A stretch of 64,000 nucleotides of DNA from Nitrospirota bacterium (lineage in GTDB: Bacteria; Nitrospirota; Nitrospiria; Nitrospirales; Nitrospiraceae), in the NCBI GenBank assembly GCA_963701855.1, contig CAVPBK010000003.1:64001-128000 (forward strand), given 5' to 3'. Of this stretch, positions 36,551 through 45,681 are shown one piece after another (position 1 is the first letter of the stretch; each line of letters begins with the position of its first letter). The notes below the pieces were generated by a model. The model made no database searches, was not told the DNA's origin, and was given only the letters and a program-made list of their open reading frames with translations. The position numbers were made by a program, and so were the translations under genes.

Positions 36551-36697
36551 TCAGCCGGCTTTCGCGGTCACGTGCAGCTTTACGTGGGCCTTCTTCTGGA
36601 GGGCGCACACGATACTAAAAAAGTTTTCCGTGCTCGGGTTGCCGCGTGGAGCCAGCATTCGGTGCAGGCTCTTGCTCGGCTTTTTGAGCGTTGCAAG
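36551..36697 (-). pseudogene. 3' fragment of an addiction-module antidote / HTH regulator
   Basis: Translates LATLKKPSKSLHRMLAPRGNPSTENFFSIVCALQKKAHVKLHVTAKAG*; no 5' part present. Confidence 0.6.
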
Positions 36698-36903
36698 GGA
36701 AATAAACGGGGACATTCTGAGTTTTTACGGGTGACCATGCGAGATTTGCGAGAAGAAATCAGAATATCCATATAAGTCCTTCCCTATCAAGGCGCTCCAG
36801 CCGACCGCCAGGCAAGTTCCTCCATGCTGTCGTGGCGGGCGGCGGATGAGTTTAGCGGTCGATTTCATAGAACATCGCTGGTACAGTTTCGGGTGACTGT
36901 TAA

Positions 36904-37140
36904 ATGGAGGTGGTTATGCCTCAATCAGCAAAAGCCATTTTGCATCAGGCTCTTGAACTCCCGTCCAATGACCGTGCGGCGTTGATGGAGGGTCTGATTG
37001 CCAGTCTCGACATGCCCAATCCCGCGCTTGATGCGATGTGGCTCAAGGAAGCGGAAGATCGCTTGGCTGCTTACCATGCCGGTGAGCTTGGCGCGATCGA
37101 TGCGGAGCGGGTCTTCGCGGAGCTTGGGAAAAAAGTTTGA
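36904..37140 (+). CDS. Addiction-module antitoxin component (TIGR02574-like)
   Basis: ALELPSNDRAAL...LIASLD...W..EAEDRL..Y..G pattern; overlaps toxin start. Confidence 0.85.
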   Translation: MEVVMPQSAKAILHQALELPSNDRAALMEGLIASLDMPNPALDAMWLKEAEDRLAAYHAGELGAIDAERVFAELGKKV

Positions 37141-37438
37141 AGACTAGATTCCTGCCGCCCGCGCATCAAGAGCTTATTGAAGCAGTCCGGTACTACAACG
37201 CGTAGCGCATTCGGCTGGGGGACGAGTTTCGTGATGAGGCCTGGGAGACCATCCGGCGTATCAACGATTTTCCGATGGCATGGCACTCGCTGGGTGGCTC
37301 GATCGCCGTTGTCAGATGCAGTGGTTTCCCTATGGCCTGATCTATGAGCCGACAAGCGTCGCGATCATATTTATCTCAGTCGCACACCTGCATCAGGAGC
37401 CCAGGTATTGGCGCATGCGGCTGAAATCTAACATTTAG
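37137..37438 (+). pseudogene. RelE/ParE-family toxin, inactivated
   Basis: MKTRFLPPAHQELIEAVRYYNA*(37203-37205)RIRLGDEF...FPMAW, then frameshift to RRCQ..FPYGLIY...VAHLHQEPRYW. Confidence 0.8.
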
Positions 37439-37751
37439 GGGGGCATTCCCAGGCCGTTTCCATGGTCAGCAAGCGTTTCGTGCAAAGGGTGCCGCGTTTG
37501 CTCCACGCGCGCTTGATCGCCTGCGCGAAGGCGGAGGGCGGTTCGCTCAACATTCTGTTGGTATCGCTCGTGTCTCGGGGAATTGAAAAATAACAAGTGG
37601 CTGAGCGCACAGATCGCCGTTTAACCACACATGAAACCCGAACCCGAGCTAAGATGGCGCGCACCGGTTAGCGTGGCTTCCGTATCTTCCATTCATCGCT
37701 CCTATCCTTTACTATAAGCCTCAGATTTCCTTCTTATTGAGGCTTCTCTGA

Positions 37752-39113
37752 ATGCGGGCGAAGACTAGTTTTTCCTGCCAAGCTTGCGGCCACCAGTCGC
37801 CACGATGGCTTGGCCGCTGTCCTGATTGCAGCGGCTGGAATACCATGAAAGAGGAACGGCAGGCGGCGACCGGCAAGGGACGGCCTGCTGCGATGAAGAC
37901 GGCTCAGGCTAAGGCCACGCCGATTGCCGAGATCGAAGTGGTCGGTGAGGACCGGCGGTTGACGCAGATTGGTGAATTCGACCGGGTGTTGGGTGGCGGA
38001 GTTATTCCTGGTTCGGTGATTCTGATCGGCGGCGATCCGGGGATTGGGAAGACGACCTTGTTACTCCAGGCGCTTCCGCGCCTGTCTTCCAAGGAAGAAC
38101 CGGTGCTGTATGTTTCGGGAGAGGAATCTCCCAGGCAGATTAAGATGCGTGGACAGAGACTCGGCATTGAGCATCCGAATTTGTTAATTCTTGCGGAAAC
38201 CTCACTCGAACAAATTCTCAAAGCGGCGCAGGAGATTCAGCCGGCCGCAATGGTTGTTGACTCGATCCAAACGGTCTACACGGAACAGATCACGTCCGCC
38301 CCGGGCAGCATCAGCCAGGTGCAGGAAGTGGCGGGCCAATTGATGTGGTATGCAAAGCGCAGCAGCGTGCCGGTCTTCATCATCGGGCATGTCACCAAAG
38401 AAGGAGCGATCGCCGGACCGCGGTTGCTGGAACATATCGTCGATACTGTGCTCTATTTTGAAGGAGACAAGGGCCACAGCTTTCGTATTCTTCGCGCAGT
38501 GAAGAATCGCTTTGGTTCGACCAACGAGATCGGCGTGTTTGAAATGAAAGATTCTGGGTTGGAGGAAGTGAGCAATCCCTCCGAGTTGTTTTTGGCAGAG
38601 CGGTCCCAGCGCACAACGGGATCGGTGGTGGTGTCCAGTCTCGAAGGGTCGCGGCCAATTCTGGTCGAACTACAAGCATTGGTGTCGTCCACGAGTTATG
38701 CGATGCCGAAACGCATGGCGAACGGTGTGGAGCAGAATCGGGTTTCGCTGTTGCTTGCGGTTATGGAGAAGCGGCTGGGCATGCATCTGTCCGGACAAGA
38801 TGTCTATGTCAACGTCGTCGGTGGGATGCATATCGACGAGCCAGCCATCGATTTGGGCATTGTGGCGGCGGTCACATCGAGTTTGCGCGAAGTGCCGATT
38901 GAGCCGGGATTGTTGGTATTGGGTGAGGTGGGGCTCGGCGGTGAAGTGCGGGCAATCAGTCAGGCTGAGATGAGAATTCGTGAAGCGGCAAAGATGGGAT
39001 TCAAACGCTGTCTGTTGCCGGAACGGAATTTGGCCAAGCTCGATCCCATCGATGGCATCGAATTGGTCGGCATACGGGAAGTGGGGGAGGCGTTGGATGT
39101 TGTTTTGGCTTAA
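37752..39113 (+). CDS. radA: DNA repair protein RadA/Sms
   Basis: CQACG...CPDC zinc finger, GGDPGIGKTT, KNRFG, GEVGLGGE. Confidence 0.98.
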   Translation: MRAKTSFSCQACGHQSPRWLGRCPDCSGWNTMKEERQAATGKGRPAAMKTAQAKATPIAEIEVVGEDRRLTQIGEFDRVLGGGVIPGSVILIGGDPGIGKTTLLLQALPRLSSKEEPVLYVSGEESPRQIKMRGQRLGIEHPNLLILAETSLEQILKAAQEIQPAAMVVDSIQTVYTEQITSAPGSISQVQEVAGQLMWYAKRSSVPVFIIGHVTKEGAIAGPRLLEHIVDTVLYFEGDKGHSFRILRAVKNRFGSTNEIGVFEMKDSGLEEVSNPSELFLAERSQRTTGSVVVSSLEGSRPILVELQALVSSTSYAMPKRMANGVEQNRVSLLLAVMEKRLGMHLSGQDVYVNVVGGMHIDEPAIDLGIVAAVTSSLREVPIEPGLLVLGEVGLGGEVRAISQAEMRIREAAKMGFKRCLLPERNLAKLDPIDGIELVGIREVGEALDVVLA

Positions 39114-39237
39114 CAGGATGCTGAAAAAGTCCGCCAGCATCGTTCTCGTATCGTTCAGACCCTCAACGTACCCCAAAGGGTACGCCTCGGGCCTTCACTC
39201 ACTGCGGCCTTGCTGGACGAACTTTTTAAGCATCCTG
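39114..39237. repeat. Family A repeat
   Basis: CAGGATGCTGAAAAAGT...ACTTTTTAAGCATCCTG, starts immediately after the radA stop. Confidence 0.85.
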
Positions 39238-39270
39238 CGGGATCGTGTCTTCTTATCCGGGACGCGCACA

Positions 39271-40065
39271 ATGGCTTCAGTCAGTGGTTCTACTGTCGTG
39301 GCTGTATTGGCTCTTACCTTTTTATCCGGCTGTGGGCTATTTACGCCGCGTGAGGAAGTTCAGCTTAAGAAAGCGACGGTGGAGGAGTTGACGGCCTTGC
39401 TGAGCCAGCGGGAGGCGGCGATTCAGACGATGAAAGGTCTCTTCAGCGCAAAGGTGCGGGGAGGCATCATTCCTATCGCGTCACGGGTGGAGGGCTCGCT
39501 GTACTATCGCCGTCCAAACGCCATGCGTCTGCGCGGGTTCACCGCGGTCGGCGGCGAACTCTTTGAATTCGTGCAGGCAGGTGATCAGTTCCGGTTGCGA
39601 CTCCCGACGATGGGCCGTGTCCTGTCCGGCAGTCCCTCCGATATGAGCGAGATGGGAAAGCTCGCTCGGCCGTTTCAGTTGAGTGTGTGGGCAATGGGGG
39701 GAGTGTTGGGCATCGGCACGATTGCGAAAAACGAAACGGTCACTCTCGTGGAAGAGGGCGATCGTTACCGGCTGGAGGTCTTCGGCCCATCTCCCAGCGG
39801 AGCGCACCTCATGCGCCGCCAGCTGTGGTTCGAGCGGCAGACATTGCATGTGGTCCGGGAAGATCGATTCACGGATTCGGGAGCAGTTGAAGCGACCATT
39901 CAGTACGAGGACTTCCGTGCGATCGGTGAGGGGCGTCTGCTGAGACCGTTTCTGATCATCCTGGAAGATGGAAAGGGGCAGGGGAGCGTGCGGGTGACCT
40001 TTCACGAGATGATTCCGAACCAACCGTTGACCGCGGGCGATCTCGCACAGGTCTCGCTCCGATGA
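39271..40065 (+). CDS. Lipoprotein, possible LolA/LolB-like fold
   Basis: Lipobox LSGC after a hydrophobic stretch; beta-rich; ATG 39271 preferred because the longer ORF runs through the repeat. Confidence 0.7.
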   Translation: MASVSGSTVVAVLALTFLSGCGLFTPREEVQLKKATVEELTALLSQREAAIQTMKGLFSAKVRGGIIPIASRVEGSLYYRRPNAMRLRGFTAVGGELFEFVQAGDQFRLRLPTMGRVLSGSPSDMSEMGKLARPFQLSVWAMGGVLGIGTIAKNETVTLVEEGDRYRLEVFGPSPSGAHLMRRQLWFERQTLHVVREDRFTDSGAVEATIQYEDFRAIGEGRLLRPFLIILEDGKGQGSVRVTFHEMIPNQPLTAGDLAQVSLR

Positions 40066-40859
40066 AAGTATTGGCAGTCGAGACGGCAACTTCATGGCAG
40101 AGTGTGGCGATCCTCGATGGGTCGCGCGTCCTTGCCCGTCACGACCAGGATGCTGCCGGGTCGCATGCCAAGCTGTTGCTGCCCACGATCGATCGGCTGT
40201 TTCGTGAGACGGGTCTGACGCTCAAGCAGTTAGATGGTCTTGTTGTGTCGATTGGTCCCGGGTCTTTCACGGGACTTCGTGTCGGTCTGGCCACGCTTCT
40301 CGGGTTCCGGACGATCAGTCGGCTCCCCTTGGCGGTGGTGCCGACATTGGAGGGGATGGCGTGGAACCTCAGAGGAACCCCGACGCTCCTCTGTCCCATT
40401 CTCAACAGTCGGCGCGAAGAACTCTACTGGGCGTTGTTTCGCTGGACCGGTGACGATCGGTTGGAACGAGTGGTATCAGAGCAGGTGGGCACACCGATCA
40501 TACTAGGAAGCAGTCTCACAGAATCAGTCCTCGTGTTCGGCGAAGGCTGGACGGTTGAAGAGTCGGCCATCCGTGCGTCGATTTCTCTCTCCGTCACGGT
40601 GACCGAGGCCCAGGACTCTGCCGGGAAGCCCTCGGCTGTCTCGATCGGGTTGGCAGGGATCGAGCGGCTCCGGCGAGGCGAGTTTGCCGGAATCGGCATC
40701 AGTCCGCTGTATGTGCAGCGTACCGCAGCAGAGCTGAAGTACGAGGAGTCCGGCGGTATTTCGCCAGTGGCTCTGCGTCAGGAACGGGTCGCAAGAAAAA
40801 TAAGCGCGCGTCAGGATGCTCAAAAAGGCCGCTTAGCAAGGCCGCGGCGGGCGAGGTAG
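40062..40859 (+). CDS. tsaB: tRNA t6A biosynthesis protein TsaB
   Basis: LAVETAT, IGPGSFTGLRVG, PLYV. Confidence 0.95.
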   Translation: MKVLAVETATSWQSVAILDGSRVLARHDQDAAGSHAKLLLPTIDRLFRETGLTLKQLDGLVVSIGPGSFTGLRVGLATLLGFRTISRLPLAVVPTLEGMAWNLRGTPTLLCPILNSRREELYWALFRWTGDDRLERVVSEQVGTPIILGSSLTESVLVFGEGWTVEESAIRASISLSVTVTEAQDSAGKPSAVSIGLAGIERLRRGEFAGIGISPLYVQRTAAELKYEESGGISPVALRQERVARKISARQDAQKGRLARPRRAR

Positions 40860-40913
40860 GCTGAAGCCTGAACCTCAATCTTCTTCGTGCCGGCTGGCTG
40901 TTTCAGCATCCTG
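40812..40913. repeat. Family A repeat overlapping the tsaB 3' end
   Basis: CAGGATGCTCAAAAAGG...TTTCAGCATCCTG. Confidence 0.8.
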
Positions 40914-40923
40914 CAGATAGGGA

Positions 40924-41466
40924 ATGGCCATGGGCGAGTGGATCATTGAACCGGCGACTGTCGAGGCTCTGCCGGATATTCTGCATATCGAAGAAGCTTG
41001 CTTCTCAGCCCCCTGGACGCGCAAAATGTTGGAGGCGGAACTGAGCGGCAATCCTTTCGCACACTTTTTATTGGCCAAGCGGGTTTCGCCGGGCGAAGTT
41101 GGCTCCGTTTCGATTGTCGGGTATCTCTGCTTCTGGGTCGTCTTCGAAGAAGTGCGGCTAATGAACCTGGCAGTCATCGAGACAATGCGGCATAAAGGTA
41201 TCGCCAGGGCCTTAGTCATGCAGGCCCTGGAGGTCGGGTTGGCACAAGCTGCGAGGTGTGCAGTGCTCGAATTGCGGACTTCGAACCATGCCGCGCATGC
41301 CCTCTATCAAAGCCTTGGGTTTCACGACGTGGCAACCCGGCCAACCTACTACACCAATCCCATAGAAGATGCGTTGCTGATGGAACTGGACCCGATTGTG
41401 TCGGAGTCGGGCCGATTGACAGAGGAAGTCGGTCGCGAGGGAGGACATATCAGGCCGCGGCAGTAA
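40924..41466 (+). CDS. rimI: Ribosomal protein alanine N-acetyltransferase RimI
   Basis: IEEACFSAPW, NLAV, LELRTSN..A..LY..LGF, YY..P.EDALLM; follows tsaB. Confidence 0.92.
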   Translation: MAMGEWIIEPATVEALPDILHIEEACFSAPWTRKMLEAELSGNPFAHFLLAKRVSPGEVGSVSIVGYLCFWVVFEEVRLMNLAVIETMRHKGIARALVMQALEVGLAQAARCAVLELRTSNHAAHALYQSLGFHDVATRPTYYTNPIEDALLMELDPIVSESGRLTEEVGREGGHIRPRQ

Positions 41467-41488
41467 TTTCATAGCCAGGAGGTGCGAC

Positions 41489-41740
41489 ATGCTGACAGAC
41501 AGTATGATTGCGACAATTGCGGAACGGTTGCGCCAATCCAACCACGAATTTCGTATACTGGAAGAGGCGCACCACCGTCTGGACCTGGAGTTGGTCCAAT
41601 TGCAGAAACGACACGTACTGACTCCCGCCGAAGAATTGTCCATGAAGGATTTGCACAAAGAGAAGTTGGCGAAGAAAGACAAGATGGCCGAGCTGATTCG
41701 TGCCTATCGAGACCACGAGTTGCAGGCCGCTCCGCAGTGA
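41489..41740 (+). CDS. DUF465/YdcH-like small coiled-coil protein
   Basis: F..L...HH.LD...KEKL..KD pattern; AGGAGG RBS. Confidence 0.8.
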   Translation: MLTDSMIATIAERLRQSNHEFRILEEAHHRLDLELVQLQKRHVLTPAEELSMKDLHKEKLAKKDKMAELIRAYRDHELQAAPQ

Positions 41741-41788
41741 GAAACATCGTCGTGGAGCCTGCGTCAGCCAGCAACCGAGACCGGAGTC

Positions 41789-42562
41789 ATGGCACAGATT
41801 CTCAATCCCCTTGCTGCACATATCCAGACCATCAAGAAGCGTCTGATCATCATCGGGGCCACGATTCTGATGGCCCTGATGGTGGCGTTCACCTTTTCTG
41901 GCGAGATGGTTGCGTGGTTGAATCGTCCGTTTCCCAACCCGCTGGTGTTCTACGGACCGACGGAAGCCTTATTCGCCTCGATCAAAGTGTCCTTTCTTGC
42001 GGCGATCCTGGCGAGTCTGCCGGTTATCTTCTATCAGTGTTGGAAGTGTATTGAACCAGCGCTGCTCCCTAAGGAGCAACGCTGGGGCGTTCCGCTGTTT
42101 GTGCTGGCGGGAGCGCTCTTTGCCTTCGGTTTGATCTTTTGCAATCTCGTCATTCTCCCGCTGGTCATCGATTTCTTTGTCAGCTTCGGCATGGATCACG
42201 ATGTCACTCCGGAATTGAGCGTCGGCACCTATATCGACTTCAACGTCAAATTTCTTCTGATATTCGGCTGTGCGTTTGAATTGCCACTGGTACTCACTAT
42301 CCTGGCGCGGGTCGGGGTGGTTTCGGCGCAGGTGTTAGCGAAGTATCGGAAACACGCAATCGTGGCTTCGTTGATCCTGTCGGCCATCGTCACGCCCGAT
42401 GCAACCCTCTTTACCATGCTCTTGATGGCCGTGCCCTTGATGGTGTTGTATGAGATCGGAATTCTTGGTGCACGCATTTTTGGACGGGGAGGCCCGCCGG
42501 AAATCAGCTTGCCGCTCAATCCGGATTTGCCGATGGGACCGGCGGGGCATCGTGTCCGATAG
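41789..42562 (+). CDS. tatC: Twin-arginine translocase subunit TatC
   Basis: YQ.W..I.PAL, FG.AFELP, RK.AIV, VTPD, LYEIGI. Confidence 0.95.
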   Translation: MAQILNPLAAHIQTIKKRLIIIGATILMALMVAFTFSGEMVAWLNRPFPNPLVFYGPTEALFASIKVSFLAAILASLPVIFYQCWKCIEPALLPKEQRWGVPLFVLAGALFAFGLIFCNLVILPLVIDFFVSFGMDHDVTPELSVGTYIDFNVKFLLIFGCAFELPLVLTILARVGVVSAQVLAKYRKHAIVASLILSAIVTPDATLFTMLLMAVPLMVLYEIGILGARIFGRGGPPEISLPLNPDLPMGPAGHRVR

Positions 42563-42837
42563 CAGAATGCTGAAAAATGGAGCGGGGAGCGGCGAGGTGC
42601 TCTTCTTGCTCGCAGAGCCCCCACGATGAAGCAGTGGTCGCTCGATGCGCGCAGTAAAGGGCAGCCTCGGCCACTCCCCTTAACTGAGGCATAAGGAGTC
42701 GGAAGGTTCTCGCTGCGGCCTTGCTTGGGACCAGGCGCGTCCCTGGGTAAATAGTCTGTCTTGGCAGACTCAGGGCGGGAGGGTGAAGTAGCCGCCAGGG
42801 TTGGGCGGGTAAGACGTCTGCCTTTTTGAGCATTCTG
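42563..42837. repeat. Family A repeat with nested family B element
   Basis: CAGAATGCTGAAAAA...TTTTTGAGCATTCTG ends; internal ttcttgctcgcag...cgatgcgcgcagtaaagggcagcc..ggccactccc (about 42598-42680). Confidence 0.8.
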
Positions 42838-42894
42838 CGGGCGGCTTCGCTGGTTCTAACTGTGCAATCATCGGATAGCGGGGTAACGGGATAG

Positions 42895-43992
42895 ATGAAG
42901 ATTTTGGCTCAGGTTATATCTACGGTCCTTGCGCTGAGTATTTGGAGTGCAGGTGGAATATTGGAGGCTGCCACTCAGGCGCCCTCTCCGGTCCCACCAT
43001 CTCCGCCGCAAGCTCCTGGCCATGGAGAAAGCCAGCCTCAATACGATTCCTTCGGCCAGCCGGCCACGAGCATTCAGGCGCTCACGTCTGTCGGAAGCGA
43101 CCTGGTCTATGCCGGCTCCTTCGGTCTCGGTCTGTTTCGCAGTGAGGATCGCGGCGTCAGCTGGACGAAATCGGGCCAGGGTGTAACCGATCCATTTATT
43201 TTGACGCTTACTACGGGGAAAGATGGCGCGGTTTATGCCGGAACTTTCCGTGGTGGGGTCTTTCGTTCCCGCGATAGAGGGAAGAGCTGGCAGGCGATCA
43301 ATAGTGGGCTCAAGCATCTGGAAATCAAAACCCTGCTTGCTGTGAGTGATGGGGTGTATGCGGGCACGAGCGACGGGGTCTATCGACTTGTCGCCGACCG
43401 CTGGTCGGTGGTCACCACCGGTCTCGACGGCATCCTGGTCCATGCCTTGGCCTTCTCATCCGACGGGACGCTGTTTGCCGGAACCTCAGGAAAAGGCATC
43501 GTGCGATTTAAGGTTCCGTCGACCGGTTGGGTGCGTCAGCAGCATGGGCTCAAAGATCATGAAGGCATGACGGAAAACTTTATCCGTGTGTTGACGATCG
43601 ATCCAGAAGGCGGCATTTATGCCGGCACGTTCGATGGAGGTGTCTTTTGCAGTGCCGATGGGGGAACAACCTGGCGGCCCATTAGCCGTGCGCTCCCGAA
43701 CGATTCGATTCGCGGGATTCTGTTCAACAGCCGGGGGCTTTTTGTGGCGACGGGGCACGGCATTTTCAAAACTACCGACAAGGGGCGTCAGTGGGTGCCG
43801 CTCAATAAGGGGCTGACGAGTATGGCTATCCAAGTGTTGATCGAGTCCGGCGCCGGAGTGCTCTATGCCGGTACGAGTGATGGGGCATTCCGAAGCGACG
43901 ATGACGGACGGACGTGGAATCCCATCAATCAGGGTCTTGAGGGGGGGGGAAGCTCCGGCGCCCTTCCATTTTCGTTAACCAAGAAAGGGTAG
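42895..43992 (+). CDS. Secreted BNR/YCF48-like beta-propeller protein
   Basis: Signal peptide; repeated YAGT..GG.FRS.D.G.SW (Asp-box) motifs. Confidence 0.88.
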   Translation: MKILAQVISTVLALSIWSAGGILEAATQAPSPVPPSPPQAPGHGESQPQYDSFGQPATSIQALTSVGSDLVYAGSFGLGLFRSEDRGVSWTKSGQGVTDPFILTLTTGKDGAVYAGTFRGGVFRSRDRGKSWQAINSGLKHLEIKTLLAVSDGVYAGTSDGVYRLVADRWSVVTTGLDGILVHALAFSSDGTLFAGTSGKGIVRFKVPSTGWVRQQHGLKDHEGMTENFIRVLTIDPEGGIYAGTFDGGVFCSADGGTTWRPISRALPNDSIRGILFNSRGLFVATGHGIFKTTDKGRQWVPLNKGLTSMAIQVLIESGAGVLYAGTSDGAFRSDDDGRTWNPINQGLEGGGSSGALPFSLTKKG

Positions 43993-43998
43993 AGGACG

Positions 43999-44508
43999 AT
44001 GGCAGAGCCGACAGCGAACACGCGAGCCACCATTTCCGTCAGCAGCAAGGGGACACAGTTGGGCGAAATTGTGTTGCGATTCTTTCATGATGTGGCCCCT
44101 GGGCATGTGAAGAATTTTACGAAATTAGCCCACGAAGGTTTCTATAATGGCACGACGTTTCATCGGATCATTCCCGGCTTCATGATTCAGGGCGGCGATC
44201 CCAACAGCAAGAATCCCGACCGTGCGTCGCATGGCATGGGGGGGCCTGGACATAGGGTCAAAGCTGAGTTCAACAGCAAGCCGCACAAGCGCGGGGTGCT
44301 CTCGATGGCCCGCTCGAACGATCCAGACAGCGCCGGCTCGCAGTTTTTTATTTGCGTCGCGGACGCGAACTTTCTCGATTGGCAGTACACGGCATTTGGC
44401 GAAGTGGTTAGCGGGATGGATGTGGCAGATAAGGTGGCCGGCATGAAGCGTGACGGCCGGGATAATCCCCTCGAACGAGTCGAAATGACCGTCACCGTCA
44501 CAGACTGA
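43999..44508 (+). CDS. Cyclophilin-type peptidyl-prolyl cis-trans isomerase
   Basis: FYNGTTFHRIIPGFMIQGGDP, LSMARS..PDSAGSQFFI. Confidence 0.96.
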   Translation: MAEPTANTRATISVSSKGTQLGEIVLRFFHDVAPGHVKNFTKLAHEGFYNGTTFHRIIPGFMIQGGDPNSKNPDRASHGMGGPGHRVKAEFNSKPHKRGVLSMARSNDPDSAGSQFFICVADANFLDWQYTAFGEVVSGMDVADKVAGMKRDGRDNPLERVEMTVTVTD

Positions 44509-44519
44509 AGTGCTGAGCA

Positions 44520-45260
44520 ATGAGTGCTGAGTCCAAAAAAAGAGAAACCAATAGATCGTGGATGCCGAGACTGATCTCCTACTCAGCACTCAGCACTCAG
44601 CTCGCAGCACTGCTTGTTCTTTCCGCGTGCGCCATTCCTATGGTGCCCTATCGCATAGTCTATGAAGATCCTGTGAATTATGTTCGACTGGAGGAGGATG
44701 ATGCCGTTCTGCCGGAGTGGCCTCCCAGTGCGCATGCGCATCCGAAGGCCATGCGCGCGGAGGACTTGTCTCGCATCCTCGGCAGCATCTCGGTGAAAGA
44801 ACATCGGATCTGGTTACAGAAAAAGCTGCAAGGCGAGGCGCCGCTGGTTCCGGTGTTTCGTCCTGAGGAACTCGCTCTCTTATCTCACCAGATCGCAGAG
44901 GCTTTTGCCGCAGCCAAACCGGACGAACGAGTAACGTTCTATCTCAGTCAACCGCAAACGTCCGTCAAGCGCGTCATCACCACGGGGGGATTATACGTCC
45001 ATGGCACTGAGTTGCATTTTATTTTGGGGAATTGGCAGGTCGTCTATGGCATTCCGACCTATGGGATGATCTATGATCGTCGCTATCCCATGCGACCGAC
45101 GGCCGCCAAAGGATTTTACTTGTACTTCTATCCAGCTGAAGCAACCGTAACACAGCACCACAGTCTCTGGGATACGTTGCTGGCCAACGCCACTGACGAA
45201 CTCGTAATCGATTTAACGAAGACTGTCTCCGAGCCTGTCGTTTCTTTAGCAGGACGCTGA
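44520..45260 (+). CDS. Hypothetical lipoprotein (start may be 44562)
   Basis: Lipobox LSAC; long ORF in operon context. Confidence 0.7.
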   Translation: MSAESKKRETNRSWMPRLISYSALSTQLAALLVLSACAIPMVPYRIVYEDPVNYVRLEEDDAVLPEWPPSAHAHPKAMRAEDLSRILGSISVKEHRIWLQKKLQGEAPLVPVFRPEELALLSHQIAEAFAAAKPDERVTFYLSQPQTSVKRVITTGGLYVHGTELHFILGNWQVVYGIPTYGMIYDRRYPMRPTAAKGFYLYFYPAEATVTQHHSLWDTLLANATDELVIDLTKTVSEPVVSLAGR

Positions 45261-45405
45261 AAAGTCTGCCAACGTATGAAGCCGTTATTTGGTTTGTCTC
45301 GTTTGTCTGGTTGAACAAGACCAACTCGATGAACGAAACAAATCAGCTGGACCAGATGACCCAGACAGACCACGCACGAAGTAGACGGTTTTTTTGAGCA
45401 TCCTG
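45250..45405. repeat. Family A repeat containing a 9-nt ladder (family C)
   Basis: CAGGACGCTGAAAAG...TTTTTGAGCATCCTG; interior ggtttgtct/cgtttgtct...aacaagaccaa...cagacagacc; extra right end at 45470-45483. Confidence 0.75.
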
Positions 45406-45681
45406 CGGGAGCGTGCTCCTGTTGTGATGCATGCGCGGATCATCTTAGATTTCGCAAGCCTCAACAGATTTTTCAGCATCCTGCCAGTCCCGCTTGTTGC
45501 GCCGGTCGCTCGCTCGTATGCGGGTGGTTTCCTTATCATCCTGCCGACTGTTAAGCGTGAGAAGCGGAGAATTCCCTGTCAAGACAAAGGCTTCGTAGAT
45601 TTCATGCAGGTGATTCGGTAAGATGACGCACCCGCAATGCTGCGGGTTACCCACCGAGCATGATCCATCCAGGGAGCAGGA

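Noticed and set aside
38980..39270. N-terminal extension of the 361-aa ORF
   Set aside because: Overlaps radA and reads through a family A repeat; the lipoprotein signal starts at 39271.
42516..42833. ORFs derived from intergenic repeats (also 133-315, 45285-45621, 55649-55998, 56622-56867, 61764-62254)
   Set aside because: Translations of repeat families A-D; similar peptides recur wherever the repeats occur.
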